Source of the DNA: an uncultured Acidobacteriota bacterium | GTDB lineage: Bacteria > Acidobacteriota > Terriglobia > Acidiferrales > UBA7541 | Assembly (NCBI GenBank): GCA_963785605.1 | Contig: CAWAWE010000001.1 | Span: 347,367-411,366, forward strand | Direction: 5' to 3' | DNA: 64,000 bases | Part shown: piece by piece, positions 18,912-28,898 of the stretch | How positions within the stretch are numbered: the stretch's first letter is position 1 | Layout: every line of letters begins with the position of its first letter | The notes under the pieces: generated by a model | What the model was told of the DNA's origin: nothing | Databases searched by the model: none | What the model saw: the letters and a program-made list of their open reading frames with translations, nothing else | Made by a program: the position numbers and the translations under genes

Positions 18912-19316
18912 TCAGCGTGCGGGAGGCGGCGGCAGTGCGCCCGCTTGATGCATTATCGCGAATCGGTCTGGGACGCCCCAATGCTCGATCAGCCTGCCGT
19001 CCCTGAACCGGCAGATATCCATCACATAGAAATTGACGGCTTTCCCAGTTCTCGTCTCTATGCCCGTGCCTCTAAGGAGTGCCCAGACTGCATCACCGAC
19101 CTCCACGATCTGCTCTGGGACCAACGTAAGGTTTGACACCGTGGCACGTGCTGACGCGATTTGATCTTTGAGTGTTTCGGCGCCCGCCAGATGCGGTTTC
19201 GTGGGGTACTGATGCTCAATCAAATCAGGAGCGCAGATTTCTTCGGCGACAGACAAGTCGCCCTTGCTAAATCCGCGGTCGATAATCGTTTTGAAAAGAT
19301 CGCTATTGGACACCAT
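18912..19316 (-). CDS. SnoaL-like ester cyclase family protein
   Basis: 134 aa. The sequence ..FKTIIDRGFSKGDLSVAEEICAPDLIEHQ..VNFYVMDICRFRDGRLIEHWGVPD matches the ester-cyclase / SnoaL-like pattern. Confidence 0.75.
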   Translation of the reverse strand: MVSNSDLFKTIIDRGFSKGDLSVAEEICAPDLIEHQYPTKPHLAGAETLKDQIASARATVSNLTLVPEQIVEVGDAVWALLRGTGIETRTGKAVNFYVMDICRFRDGRLIEHWGVPDRFAIMHQAGALPPPPAR

Positions 19317-19442
19317 TCCTCCGTCGCCCGACGGCTACTCGCAATGGACGCTCGAAATTGGCCGAAATTCGGGCATCGCTTCGCTTCGGCCCCGTGGTAG
19401 AGCCGCGCTCATACAAGAATTTGCCGCGAGTTTCTTTGGTGT

Positions 19443-21215
19443 TCAGTTGGGTTTCTTTTTGCCGAAGAGGCCGCCGAGTTGTTGGATGGCGCCGGCGGGG
19501 TTTTGTTTGATGTTGCCGAGGGCGTTTTGTCCACCGGCAGCGGGGCCACCGGCGCAACCGCCGCCGAGTTGCGACTTCAACAAGCCTGCGGCGAGGCCGC
19601 CGACGTCGGGGATGAATTTGGGGTCGCTGGTGGTTCCTTGAATTTGAAATGGGACCGTGGTCGTGCCGCCTTTGCACTTGGTTGCGCCGCCGCCCATCAC
19701 CTGGCCGAGAAGAGCTGAGGCGCCGCCTGCGACTGGGCTTGCGGTTAGCAATGCGTCCGAAACCGTCGCGGCCATCTTGAAGTCCATTTGATTTTTCGAA
19801 TTGATGGTGCCGCCGCCAACGAGCGTGCCGAGCTGAGAAACGACCGCGTTGAATTGGTCGGCTTGAATTCCGTCCGGCGCGACACGGATGTTGCTGGTCA
19901 TCTTTTCAATGTTCATGTCCTGGCCGGTTTTCAAGCCGGTAAGCGCCGAGACGGAAGACATCTTCGAGCCGAGGTCGAAGCCGGCGAGTTTTGCGCCGAA
20001 GAGGCCGACGTTGCCGGAGGTGACGAGCTTGTCGGTGGGACCTGTGAGATCGAGCGTGGTGCTCAGCGTTCCCGATTGAAGTGACGCACCCTTTGGCAGG
20101 TTGATGCCGAGCGCGGGCAAAAACGCCTGGAGGTCTTTGGCCGGCATTCCCTGGCCAACTACTTTGATATGGAGAACGGCGCCTTGCGCGGGAATTTCAT
20201 ACGTACCGGTCAAAGTGCAGGCGGCAGTTCCGATGGAGAGAACCGAAGGATTCAACACGCCGGTATTTTTCGTGAGGTTGTACGCGGTGTCGAATTTGAC
20301 GGTGACCGGTTCGCCGGACGCAGTTCCACCGGCTACGAGCAAAGCTTTCGAGAGCTTCGTAGTTCCCTTCGTGGAAGCGGTGCCGTTTTCGGAGACGATG
20401 TTGCCGTCGAGATCGAGGATGCCGCCGAGTCCGGCGGAGGGATCGACGAAGCCGGTGGTGGCGAGGTTCAGCGAGTTGACGTTGATTTTGGCATTGAGCG
20501 GAGTGAGGACGGAGTTTGTTTCGTTGACGGGGCCAGCGGTGCCGTCGATTTTGAAGTTGCCGCCGCCGGGGAGATCGGCGGTGACGGTGACGGGGAATTT
20601 GGAGACGAGGGAAACGTTGGATGCGGTGACGTTGACGTTGCTGTAGCTGCTCTTTTTTGCGGAGCCGACGGAGCTGACGGTGATCTGGCCGCTCTTGAGC
20701 TCGAGTTTTTGCACGGTGAATGCTGGAGGTGCGCCTCCGGAGGCTGACGCGGGAGTCGCGGGCTTTGCCGCCGGCGTCGCAGGTGCGGCTGGAGCCGGCG
20801 CGGCTTGGGCTTGTGCTTTGGTCGGAGACGCGCCGAGGGTCGAGTAGTTCCAATCGCCGGCGGCGTTTCGAATGAGCGAAACCTGCGGGCTGTCGATGAC
20901 GACGCTGGTGACGTTGAGGGTCTTCGACGTGATGAGAGGCCAGACTTCAACACCGACGTTGAACGACTTCGCAGTGAGGAACGGCGCGGAGCTGAATTTG
21001 GGATCGTCGGCGATGGAGAGATTGTCTGCGCCGAGCGAGCCGCTGAAGAGCGAGAGGCTCAGGTTGCCGATTTCGACTTTGCGGCCGAGAGCGGCGGAAG
21101 CTTGTTGTTCGATCTGCGGACGGAAACTGTTGACCGGGATCAAGAACGGCGCGATGACGATGATCAAAATCAGGACAACGATAACGATGCCAACAATCTT
21201 TAATGTGCGGCCCAT
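19443..21215 (-). CDS. AsmA-family protein
   Basis: The ATG at 21215 is preceded by GGAGG. The N-terminal anchor MGRTLKIVGIVIVVLILIIVIAPFLIPVNSFRPQIEQQASAALGRKVEIGNLSLSLFSG is the typical AsmA start. A long beta-rich body follows. The 715-aa ORF extending to 21590 has a non-protein-like N-terminus. Confidence 0.8.
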   Translation of the reverse strand: MGRTLKIVGIVIVVLILIIVIAPFLIPVNSFRPQIEQQASAALGRKVEIGNLSLSLFSGSLGADNLSIADDPKFSSAPFLTAKSFNVGVEVWPLITSKTLNVTSVVIDSPQVSLIRNAAGDWNYSTLGASPTKAQAQAAPAPAAPATPAAKPATPASASGGAPPAFTVQKLELKSGQITVSSVGSAKKSSYSNVNVTASNVSLVSKFPVTVTADLPGGGNFKIDGTAGPVNETNSVLTPLNAKINVNSLNLATTGFVDPSAGLGGILDLDGNIVSENGTASTKGTTKLSKALLVAGGTASGEPVTVKFDTAYNLTKNTGVLNPSVLSIGTAACTLTGTYEIPAQGAVLHIKVVGQGMPAKDLQAFLPALGINLPKGASLQSGTLSTTLDLTGPTDKLVTSGNVGLFGAKLAGFDLGSKMSSVSALTGLKTGQDMNIEKMTSNIRVAPDGIQADQFNAVVSQLGTLVGGGTINSKNQMDFKMAATVSDALLTASPVAGGASALLGQVMGGGATKCKGGTTTVPFQIQGTTSDPKFIPDVGGLAAGLLKSQLGGGCAGGPAAGGQNALGNIKQNPAGAIQQLGGLFGKKKPN

Positions 21216-21681
21216 GGGACCTCCGAGCGAGGTGGGAATCGAGAAACGCGAGACCTGTTGAATGCCAGATAATAGCACACCCATTTGAAGGAAGATGTGC
21301 GGCGGAAACCTGATAGGCTCGAAATTGGGTGAGCATTTCGAGCGAGATGCTGCATCTAAACGCTCACTCGCAGTGCTGCGTCTGAGAGCGGTTCGTTGAG
21401 CGGCCGCGCTCGGTTCGTTCGTCGCAAAATTCAAGGCGTTTTGGGCTTTTGGGGGACCTTCGTGGGCCAAGAATTTCGGGTAGATGTAGTGCGATTTGTG
21501 CGTGCGCTCGCGTTGATGGTGGCGACGGTGGCGATGCTTGGAACTGCAACCGCGGTGAACGCGCAGACGGACGACCACGCAGCAGCGCAAACCAGCGACC
21601 TTACCTGACGCGCCGACGCCTCAGACTCCCGCGCCGCAGACCGACGAGGGTGCGAAGGCGCAGCTCAAGCATTCGATTGAA

Positions 21682-22335
21682 GTGCTGGGGAAGCGATCGA
21701 TTTTTTTTCCGGAATTGGCGCACGAGCGGCGGCCGCTGACTTCAAAGCAGAAATTTCAATTGGCGGTGGACGAGACGATTGCGCCGTCGCGGTTTGTCAG
21801 TTCGGCGTTTACGGCGGGCATCAGCCAGGCGCGCGATTCGCTGCCGGATTACGGGCAGGGCTGGGAGGGATACGGCAAGCGCTATGGATCGTCGGTGGCG
21901 AGCAATGCGTCGAGCCATTTGTTTGGGACGGGGCTGCTCCCTTCGCTGACCCACGAAGATCCGCGCTATTTCGTGAAAATATTTGGGAGCCCGAAGAATC
22001 GGATTCTGTACGCGATGTCGCGCGTGTTGATCACGCGGACGGATGAGGGTTATTCGACGTTTAACTGGTCGAACGTGCTGGGCGGACTGATGGCGGAGAG
22101 CCTGGCGGTGAGTTATTTGCCGGATAGCGAGCGGACGGCGGGAAAGACGTTCACGCGATTTGGCGTGCGCATGGGATTCGGCGCGCTGGACAACGTGGTG
22201 AAGGAATATTGGCCGACGATTTTCAAGAGTTTGCGGATAAATAAGATTATTCCTCCGGAACGATCGGACCCGGGGACGGTGACGCCGCAGGTTGGGCCGC
22301 CGGCGCCGCCTCCGCAGAAAGAACCGCAACGCTAG
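21682..22335 (+). CDS. Conserved hypothetical secreted protein; its signal-peptide part lies in another frame (about 21489-21600)
   Basis: The 217-aa ORF frame is open from 21559 (..PATLPDAPTPQTPAPQTDEGAKAQLKHSIEVLGKRS..). ORF 21396-21608 supplies a signal peptide, VRFVRALALMVATVAMLGTATAVNAQTDDHAAAQ, and then stops. The frame break is near 21588-21600. Confidence 0.6.
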   Translation: MLGKRSIFFPELAHERRPLTSKQKFQLAVDETIAPSRFVSSAFTAGISQARDSLPDYGQGWEGYGKRYGSSVASNASSHLFGTGLLPSLTHEDPRYFVKIFGSPKNRILYAMSRVLITRTDEGYSTFNWSNVLGGLMAESLAVSYLPDSERTAGKTFTRFGVRMGFGALDNVVKEYWPTIFKSLRINKIIPPERSDPGTVTPQVGPPAPPPQKEPQR

Positions 22336-22375
22336 GCTGCGTTCTTTTATCAGCAGGAAGAAACGAGTGAATCGC

Positions 22376-23407
22376 ATGATTGAACGGAACATCCGGCCCG
22401 CCGGAGCGAAGAGCGGCTACGTCCATCGTGTGATTGCAGCGTCTGCGGCGCTGTTCATTGCCTGGCTCATCTTCAGTAGCGCGTCACCTACAGTGGTCCG
22501 TTCACAAGAAGCGAAGGCGCAACAGCCCGCTGACCGAGCGGTTCGAACGTCGATGCACAACGTGAAATACCGGTTTGCGGAGAATGTTTCGGTGCAGATC
22601 AACGATCTGACCGGGGCGATTGTGCCAATCGGCGATCATCAGACGCCGGTTTTTGACGACAAAGAATCGTACAAGGTTCACATCGAAGCGGCGGAGGTGG
22701 CGATCAGCCCGCAAGATGTGGCGAATTTGCTGAACCAGTTTGTGTTTTCGCGGCCGGGGTCGCAGCTTGCGGGAATTTCGGTGGCGACGACGACGAAAGA
22801 GGGTTCGCACCACAACCACCTAAGGATCAAGGGGCGACTGAAGGATAAAGGCGGCATTCCGTTCGAACTGGAGGGGGCGCTGGTGCCGACGCCGGACGGC
22901 AAGCTGCGGTTGCATGCGGACAACATGAAGGCGCTGAAGATTCCGGTGTCGGGGTTTATGAGCGCATTCGGCATTGAAGTCGATAATTTGATCAAGTCGG
23001 GGAAAGTGCCGGGAGTGGAGGCGCAGGAGAACGATTTGATTTTCGATCTCGAGCGGATGCTGCCGACGCCGCAGATCGAAGGCAAGGTGACGAAGGTGCG
23101 CATCGAGCCGAACACGATCGTGTATACGATCGCGGAGGATACGAAGATCGCGGGCGCGCAGAAGGCGATGCCGAAGATGCGCGGGAATTACATGATGTTT
23201 CAAGGGAATCGGATGGAGGTTGGGAAGTTTGCGATGGCGGATTGCGACATCGTGATTATGGATATGGATGCGAGCGATCCGATGGATTTTTTTCTCGATC
23301 GATATAAGGAGCAGTTGGCGGCGGGGTCGTTGAAGATTGGGACGGGGTCGCAGGTGCGGGCGTATATCAAGGATTACGGGAAATTGGCGGCGGGGATTAC
23401 GCGGTGA
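22376..23407 (+). CDS. Hypothetical membrane-anchored/secreted protein
   Basis: The ATG at 22376 gives MIERNIRPAGAKSGYVHRVIAASAALFIAWLIFSSA, followed by a soluble domain of about 300 aa. I recognise no family. Confidence 0.6.
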   Translation: MIERNIRPAGAKSGYVHRVIAASAALFIAWLIFSSASPTVVRSQEAKAQQPADRAVRTSMHNVKYRFAENVSVQINDLTGAIVPIGDHQTPVFDDKESYKVHIEAAEVAISPQDVANLLNQFVFSRPGSQLAGISVATTTKEGSHHNHLRIKGRLKDKGGIPFELEGALVPTPDGKLRLHADNMKALKIPVSGFMSAFGIEVDNLIKSGKVPGVEAQENDLIFDLERMLPTPQIEGKVTKVRIEPNTIVYTIAEDTKIAGAQKAMPKMRGNYMMFQGNRMEVGKFAMADCDIVIMDMDASDPMDFFLDRYKEQLAAGSLKIGTGSQVRAYIKDYGKLAAGITR

Positions 23408-23432
23408 CGGAATCGCCTGCGTGCTGGCTTCG

Positions 23433-23463
23433 TGCCTGGGCGCCCTAAAGGGACGCCCCTACA
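23433..23463 (+). repeat. REP-like family C copy (TGCCTGGGCGCCCTNAAGGGACGCCCCTACA)
   Basis: It is near-identical to 46861-46891. Confidence 0.75.
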
Positions 23464-23551
23464 AGAGCGGAGAACAAAGGGTTGACAGAAGGACGCGTAG
23501 GGCCTAGTTTTTCGAGCGGCTGGTAAACGCTTACTTCGTGGTGCGTTTGCA

Positions 23552-23586
23552 GAAAAACGCCGGCGAGACGCCGGCGCTACCGGGAG
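23552..23586 (+). repeat. REP-like family B copy (GAAAAACGCCGGCGnGACGCCGGCGCTACCGGGAG)
   Basis: It matches 46964-46998 and 52803-52837. Confidence 0.75.
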
Positions 23587-23593
23587 ATCTCAC

Positions 23594-25228
23594 ATGGCAC
23601 GTTCGACGCGACGTTCATTTTTGAAGACGGCTGCTGTAGCGGGCGTGGCTGGCTCGGCGAATCTTGTGCTGGGGCGTTCCGCGTGGGGGCAGGCTTCGGG
23701 AACCGCGCGGGTTTATTTTGATACGCGGCGGACGATTTCGCCGATCGATCGAAATATATTTGGTTCGTTTCTAGAGCATCTCGGGCGGGCGATTTATGAG
23801 GGGATTTACGATCCGGGGTCGAAGCTTTCGGATGCGAACGGATTCCGCAAAGACACGCTGGAGGAAATCAAGAAGGTCAACGTGCCGATCATTCGGTATC
23901 CGGGCGGAAATTTTGTGTCGGGCTACAACTGGCTCGACGGCGTGGGACCGAAGAAGGATCGACCGGTTGTCTTGGATAAGGCGTGGAATTCGCTGAATTC
24001 GAATCAGTTTGGGACCGATGAGTTCATGGCGTGGTGCAAGCTGGCAGGGACGAAACCGCTGATGGGGCTGAATCTGGGCACGGGGACGCCGGAGCAGGCG
24101 GCGGCGCTGGTGGAGTATTGCAACGTTGAGAAGGGGACGCAGTGGAGCGAACTGCGGCGGAAGAACGGGATTGCGGAACCATATAAGGTGGAGCACTGGT
24201 GCCTGGGCAACGAGATGGACGGGCCTTGGCAAATCGGGCATATGTCGGCGACGGAGTACGGCTACAAAGCGGCGGATGCGGCGCGGCAGATGCGGTACGT
24301 GGATAATTCGTTGAAGCTGATCGCATGCGGGTCGGCCAGTTCGGGGATGCCGACGTATCTGGAGTGGGATCGCGAAGTGCTGGAGCAGTGCTACGAGTAT
24401 GTCGATGGGCTATCGCTGCATCGATATTTCGACAATTCGGAGACGACGAGCGGGGACTCGGCGCATTTTCTGGCGATGAATTTGACGATGGACCGGCAGA
24501 TCACGGAATCGCTGGCGGTGTGCGATTTGGTGCGCGGGCATAAGAGGTCGTCGAAACAGCTATGGCTGTCGTTCGATGAGTGGAATGTGTGGTATCGCGA
24601 GCGGCGCGGGGATGCGGTGGATGGACACAAGACGTCGGCGCCGCATTTGCTGGAGGAGATTTACAACCTGGAAGATGCGCTGCTGGTTGGAGGGTTGCTG
24701 AATACGCTAATTCGGAATTCGAATCGCGTGAAGATCGGGTGTTTGGCGCAGCTGGTGAATGTGATTGCGCCGATCATGACGAATGCGGACGGGATCTTCT
24801 TGCAGACGATTTTTTATCCGTACAGCTGGGCGCTACAGTTTGCGCGCGGGGCGGCGCTGGATGTGATGGTGGAGTCGTCTGCGTATGACGTGAAGGGGTT
24901 GTATGGGAGCCGGGACGAGAAGACGACGAGCGTACCGCATCTGGATGTGTCGGGGTCGTATGACGCTTCGAATGGGACGGCGGTCGCGTTTATTTTGAAT
25001 CGCGATTTGGCGAAGGCGCATGAGGTGGAGATTGTGTGGGAAGACAAGGCGCCGGCGAAGGTGCAGGCGGCGTGGGTTTTGACCGGGGATGATTTGAAGG
25101 CGGTGAATAGTTTTGCGGCGCCGAAGAAGGTGGTGCCGAGCGAGTTTGCAAAGCCGGGGACGACGAATGGGCGGACGAAGTTTGAGGTGCCGGCGAAGAG
25201 TTACACGATGGTGCAGTGGGGGATGTAG
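23594..25228 (+). CDS. abfA: Alpha-L-arabinofuranosidase, GH51 family, Tat-exported
   Basis: 544 aa with the Tat-type leader MARSTRRSFLKTAAVAGVAG. It carries FGSFLEHLGRAIYEGIYDP, IRYPGGNFVSGYNW and WCLGNEMDGPWQIGH (the GNEM acid/base region), and a C-terminal beta-sandwich. Confidence 0.9.
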   Translation: MARSTRRSFLKTAAVAGVAGSANLVLGRSAWGQASGTARVYFDTRRTISPIDRNIFGSFLEHLGRAIYEGIYDPGSKLSDANGFRKDTLEEIKKVNVPIIRYPGGNFVSGYNWLDGVGPKKDRPVVLDKAWNSLNSNQFGTDEFMAWCKLAGTKPLMGLNLGTGTPEQAAALVEYCNVEKGTQWSELRRKNGIAEPYKVEHWCLGNEMDGPWQIGHMSATEYGYKAADAARQMRYVDNSLKLIACGSASSGMPTYLEWDREVLEQCYEYVDGLSLHRYFDNSETTSGDSAHFLAMNLTMDRQITESLAVCDLVRGHKRSSKQLWLSFDEWNVWYRERRGDAVDGHKTSAPHLLEEIYNLEDALLVGGLLNTLIRNSNRVKIGCLAQLVNVIAPIMTNADGIFLQTIFYPYSWALQFARGAALDVMVESSAYDVKGLYGSRDEKTTSVPHLDVSGSYDASNGTAVAFILNRDLAKAHEVEIVWEDKAPAKVQAAWVLTGDDLKAVNSFAAPKKVVPSEFAKPGTTNGRTKFEVPAKSYTMVQWGM

Positions 25229-25259
25229 GAGCGTCGAACGGCTGAAATTGTGCGGACAG

Positions 25260-25292
25260 GGGGCGCAGCGTGCTGCGCCCCTACATTTTTTT
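25260..25292. terminator. REP-like family A copy acting as a bidirectional terminator between convergent genes
   Basis: GGGGCGCAGC-GT-GCTGCGCCCC forms a 10-bp stem, followed by TACATTTTTTT. Confidence 0.65.
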
Positions 25293-25299
25293 CTGACGA

Positions 25300-26424
25300 T
25301 TATCGGGCGGAGAATTTGAAGACAGTCACGGTGTGATACTTCTGCTTCGGCTTCAGCTCCGTCGTCGGGAAATCCGGGTGATTCGGCGAATCCGGGAAGT
25401 GCTGCGTTTCGAGGCAGAGGGCTGAGCGGCGGCCGTAGGAGACGCCTCCCTTCCCTTTGATTGTGCCGTCGAGAAAATTGCCGGTGTAAAACTGGATGCC
25501 GGGCTGGTCGGTGGAAACTTGCAGGACGCGGCCGGTGGTGGGTTCGTAGACTTCGGCGGCCAGCGCGACTTTTCCATCCTTCGAGTCAAGAACCCAGTTG
25601 TGATCGTAGCCGTGGCCGAGCTTGATTTGCTCGTCGTCGGCATCGATGCGCGCGCCGACGGCGGTGGACTTCGTAAAGTCGAACGGAGTGCCATCGACGG
25701 GCTTCAGTTCACCGGTGGGAATCAGGCCGGAATCGACCGGCGTGAATTTCGAGGCGTTTAGCGTGAGCATGTTGCCGAGGATGTCGCCTTTGCCCTGGCC
25801 GGCGAGATTGAAGTAGGAGTGATTGGTGAGGTTGACGACGGTGTCTTTGTCGGTGGTCGCGGAGTAATCGAGTTTGAGTTCGCCGCCTGCGAGCGTGTAG
25901 CGGACGACAGCGGTGAGCGTGCCGGGATAGCCTGCTTCGCCGGCTTTGCTGACGTAGGTGAGTTCGACGCCGCCGGGAATTTCTTTGCCCTTCCAAACTT
26001 GATTGTTGAAGCCGTGCGGGCCGCCGTGCAGCGAGTTGGGCGCATTGTTGATCGGCAGATTGTAGGTTTTGCCGTCGAGCGTGAACTGGCCTTTCGCGAT
26101 GCGGTTGCCGTAGCGTCCGATCAGCGCGCCGAAGAAGGCGCCGCCCTTCTCTGCGTTGCTGTTGCTGACGTAGCCGTCGAGATCGTCGAAGCCGAGCACG
26201 ATGTCGGCGGAGTTGCCGTTGCGATCGGGCGTCTTGAGCGAGACGACGATGCCGCCATAGGTGATGATGGTGGCTTCGACGGATCCGTCGGTCAGCGTGT
26301 AGGCCTCGATTTGGGTGCCATCGGGCATTTTTCCAAACGGCTGTGTCGTCACGGTGGTCTTCGCTCCCGCTAGTGTTGCGCACATACCGAAACAAAGGAT
26401 TCCGATCGCGATCGCTCTCAACAT
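25300..26424 (-). CDS. galM: Aldose 1-epimerase (galactose mutarotase), secreted
   Basis: 374 aa. It contains ..NSLHGGPHGFNNQVWKG.., VVNLTNHSYFNLAG, and GYDHNWVL..LQVSTDQPGIQFYTGNFL. Confidence 0.9.
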   Translation of the reverse strand: MLRAIAIGILCFGMCATLAGAKTTVTTQPFGKMPDGTQIEAYTLTDGSVEATIITYGGIVVSLKTPDRNGNSADIVLGFDDLDGYVSNSNAEKGGAFFGALIGRYGNRIAKGQFTLDGKTYNLPINNAPNSLHGGPHGFNNQVWKGKEIPGGVELTYVSKAGEAGYPGTLTAVVRYTLAGGELKLDYSATTDKDTVVNLTNHSYFNLAGQGKGDILGNMLTLNASKFTPVDSGLIPTGELKPVDGTPFDFTKSTAVGARIDADDEQIKLGHGYDHNWVLDSKDGKVALAAEVYEPTTGRVLQVSTDQPGIQFYTGNFLDGTIKGKGGVSYGRRSALCLETQHFPDSPNHPDFPTTELKPKQKYHTVTVFKFSAR

Positions 26425-26717
26425 GGTGTGTCAGCCTCGGTCAGTTAGCTTCGGAAAGTTCGCCAGAGAATGGAGTGCGTGGTACGACTGGGCACTGTAA
26501 GACAGAGGCGCGGCGGTGTCAATTTATAGCGTGGCAGCGGGGCAGTGAGCGGACAGGGCTGGTTGCGTCCTAAGACGAGCAACTGCGTCGTTTTTCAGCG
26601 AATACGGTGGCTTTCACGACACCCTTAGTACCCGCTTGATGGAATGCCTGTATTTGGCAGAGGTATTCGATACTCCAAAGTAGTAGACCCCGGAGGTCCC
26701 GACCTCGGAGGTACAGG

Positions 26718-27137
26718 ATGAGTTTGAGGATTATGGTGGTGGATGATTCGCAGGCGACGCGGCGCGTGGTGTCGGCGCTGGTCGGGTCGCGGTGGACTGT
26801 GTGCGGAGCGGCGGAAAACGGGAAGGCGGCGTTGAAGAAATTTGCGGAGTTGAAGCCGGACCTGGTGCTGATGGATCTCGGGATGCCGGACATCGATGGG
26901 CTTGAGGTGGGGCGGCAGATTCACGCGATGGACGCGTCGGCACGGATGATTTTGTTTACGCTGTCGGATCCTTGGGGATTGGAAGCTCCGGCGCGCAAGG
27001 CTGGATTCATGCAGGTTATTTCGAAGTCGGAGCCGTGGAAACTGCTCGACAGTATCAAGCAGCTTGCCGAGGGGATCGAGGGCGAGGATGGGGCCAAGCG
27101 TGGCGACGGTTCCCGGCGAGATCCTTCGGTTCACTAG
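26718..27137 (+). CDS. Single-domain response regulator (CheY-like receiver)
   Basis: 139 aa. It contains MSLRIMVVDDSQATRRVV..KPDLVLMDLGMPDIDGLEV..ILFTLSD. A GGAGG ribosome-binding site precedes it. Confidence 0.85.
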   Translation: MSLRIMVVDDSQATRRVVSALVGSRWTVCGAAENGKAALKKFAELKPDLVLMDLGMPDIDGLEVGRQIHAMDASARMILFTLSDPWGLEAPARKAGFMQVISKSEPWKLLDSIKQLAEGIEGEDGAKRGDGSRRDPSVH

Positions 27138-27349
27138 ATTTGGTTTGTAGTTCTATCCGCACAGCGAACCGTGCAATCGAAACAGCGATTCATGTTTTCT
27201 ATGGGCCATGCCTCGATTCGTTCGCGCTCGGCCCTGGCGATCACTTCCTTTGAACTATCAGAACAAGGAGCGTGTATCACCTTCGCTGATGCAGACGACA
27301 AAATGAATAAACTCTCATTTGCCAGCGACGTTTCGCTGAGTTATAACGT

Positions 27350-27994
27350 TTGAAGAACGTTCCCCGCCCGAGGCTGACCGTGCAAGACCCGCCACAAACC
27401 GATTCGAACGCTGAATTTCACTGCGTTCATTTCTTTGAACCATCTCAATTCCCCGCGAAGCCGATCGCAACTTTCCTCGATCAAGGTTTAACCCAAGGCG
27501 AAGCCGCAATCTTGATTGCCGGGCTGGACCACAGCGCCCAGATTCAGGCGGAGATGGAAGAATCCGGATGGAACTGCGAGGATTTGCGCGAGGTCGGCCT
27601 GCTGGAAGTGACCGACATGGACGAAATGCTTCGAGCTTTCGAAGCCGGCACGCCCATCGTCACGATCGTGGAGAAACTGATCGAGGCGACGATAAGGCCT
27701 GCCCAGCAGAAGTCGCCGAGTAAACGCATTCGAATCTATGGAGAACTCGAGGACGCGCTTCTCTCCCGGATGGGAAACGCCGAAGCGGCATTGACGGTGG
27801 AGCGCTATGGAAATCGACTGGTATCGGAAGGTGCCGCGAAAATCTATTGCGGTTATTCGACGAACGCATTTCCCGATGCGAGCTTCGCGAGGCCGTTCAT
27901 CAAGTTGTGCCAGATGCACGATCGAGTTCACAACGGTCTGAACGATCGTGAAGATTGGCGTTTTCAGATGGCCGAAAAGATGTCGAGCCTGTAG
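27350..27994 (+). CDS. MEDS-domain protein (putative sensory/regulatory)
   Basis: 214 aa. FHCVHFFEPSQFPAKPIATFLDQGLTQGEAAILIAGLDHSAQIQAEMEESG..LLEVTDMDEMLRAF fits the MEDS pattern. The TTG start is uncertain. Confidence 0.55.
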   Translation: MKNVPRPRLTVQDPPQTDSNAEFHCVHFFEPSQFPAKPIATFLDQGLTQGEAAILIAGLDHSAQIQAEMEESGWNCEDLREVGLLEVTDMDEMLRAFEAGTPIVTIVEKLIEATIRPAQQKSPSKRIRIYGELEDALLSRMGNAEAALTVERYGNRLVSEGAAKIYCGYSTNAFPDASFARPFIKLCQMHDRVHNGLNDREDWRFQMAEKMSSL

Positions 27995-28085
27995 CCGGCG
28001 CCTTTCCTCGCCGCAACGCTTCACCTCCCTACCAAATCAGATATAGACTGTGCGGCACGGTCGGCATTCAATAACGGAGAAAAAC

Positions 28086-28769
28086 ATGAGAACCCATCCC
28101 CTCGTGGTCGTGCTTCTGGCTTTGTGCGGATTTGTGGCTGTTCTGCTATACACCGCGCCTGCGGCCACTTCCGCTTTAGCGCAAGACCCCGCGGTTGCCG
28201 CGCATAATTTTTCGAGAGACACCAAAATCTGGGTCAGCAATTTCGAGCTCGATGCCGGCGACGTAAAAACCGACAAAGGCGGAATCGTCGGAGAGGTGCG
28301 TCCGGGCATTCTGGAGCGGCCGCGGAAGAAGAGAGAGCAAGATCCGGAATACCAGGCGAAAAAGATCGTCGATCTGATGGCGAAGAGTCTCGTTGAGGAT
28401 TTGCAAAAGGCCGGTTACAAGGCGGAACGGCTGATGCCCGGCGACGCTCAGCCGGCAACAGGCGCGTGGGTGACCGGCGTCTTCACCGAAGTGGATGAAG
28501 GCAATCGGCGGCGCCGCGCGATCATCGGCTTTGGCTCAGGCGAAGCGAAGATGGATCTCTATGTCGATCTGAAGGATCTTGCGGCGCCGCAGAAGCCGCT
28601 GTACGAAGTGGCGAACAATGAGAATAGCGGCAAGAAAATCGGCGCGGTGATCACGATGAATCCATACGTCGCCGCGGCAAAGTTTGTGATGGAAAAAAAT
28701 GCGCCGGATAAGACGGTGAAGAAAACGGCGTCCGATGTCGCGAAGGAAATCGAGACGCACTTGCGCTAG
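28086..28769 (+). CDS. DUF4410-like secreted protein
   Basis: The ATG at 28086 follows GGAGAAAAAC. The signal sequence is MRTHPLVVVLLALCGFVAVLLYTAPAATSALA. The motif GNRRRRAIIGFGSGEAKMDLYVDLKDL resembles DUF4410. This is a tentative family call made from memory. Confidence 0.5.
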   Translation: MRTHPLVVVLLALCGFVAVLLYTAPAATSALAQDPAVAAHNFSRDTKIWVSNFELDAGDVKTDKGGIVGEVRPGILERPRKKREQDPEYQAKKIVDLMAKSLVEDLQKAGYKAERLMPGDAQPATGAWVTGVFTEVDEGNRRRRAIIGFGSGEAKMDLYVDLKDLAAPQKPLYEVANNENSGKKIGAVITMNPYVAAAKFVMEKNAPDKTVKKTASDVAKEIETHLR

Positions 28770-28898
28770 AGGCAGGTTCTGCTTTATGGCTAGCTGGTAG
28801 GTCTTCTCACTTGTTCGTATGTTGGATCGGCATATTCCCACTGCAACCCGAACCGCCGCCTGGGGATTACAGTGATGGTTTTTACTTCGGCCTTTTTG

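Noticed and set aside
19443-21590. The 715-aa version of the AsmA ORF.
   Set aside because: The first 125 residues are Arg/His-rich nonsense. The ATG at 21215 has a GGAGG ribosome-binding site and gives the canonical AsmA membrane anchor.
26640-26665. A sigma-54-like TGGCAG..N5..TTCGA sequence upstream of the response regulator.
   Set aside because: The -12 element does not match TTGC. No enhancer-binding-protein gene is nearby. It is indistinguishable from chance.
27171-27353. A 60-aa ORF in the AT-rich spacer between the receiver gene and the MEDS gene.
   Set aside because: It has no ribosome-binding site, no recognisable motif and poor codon usage. The spacer is more likely regulatory.
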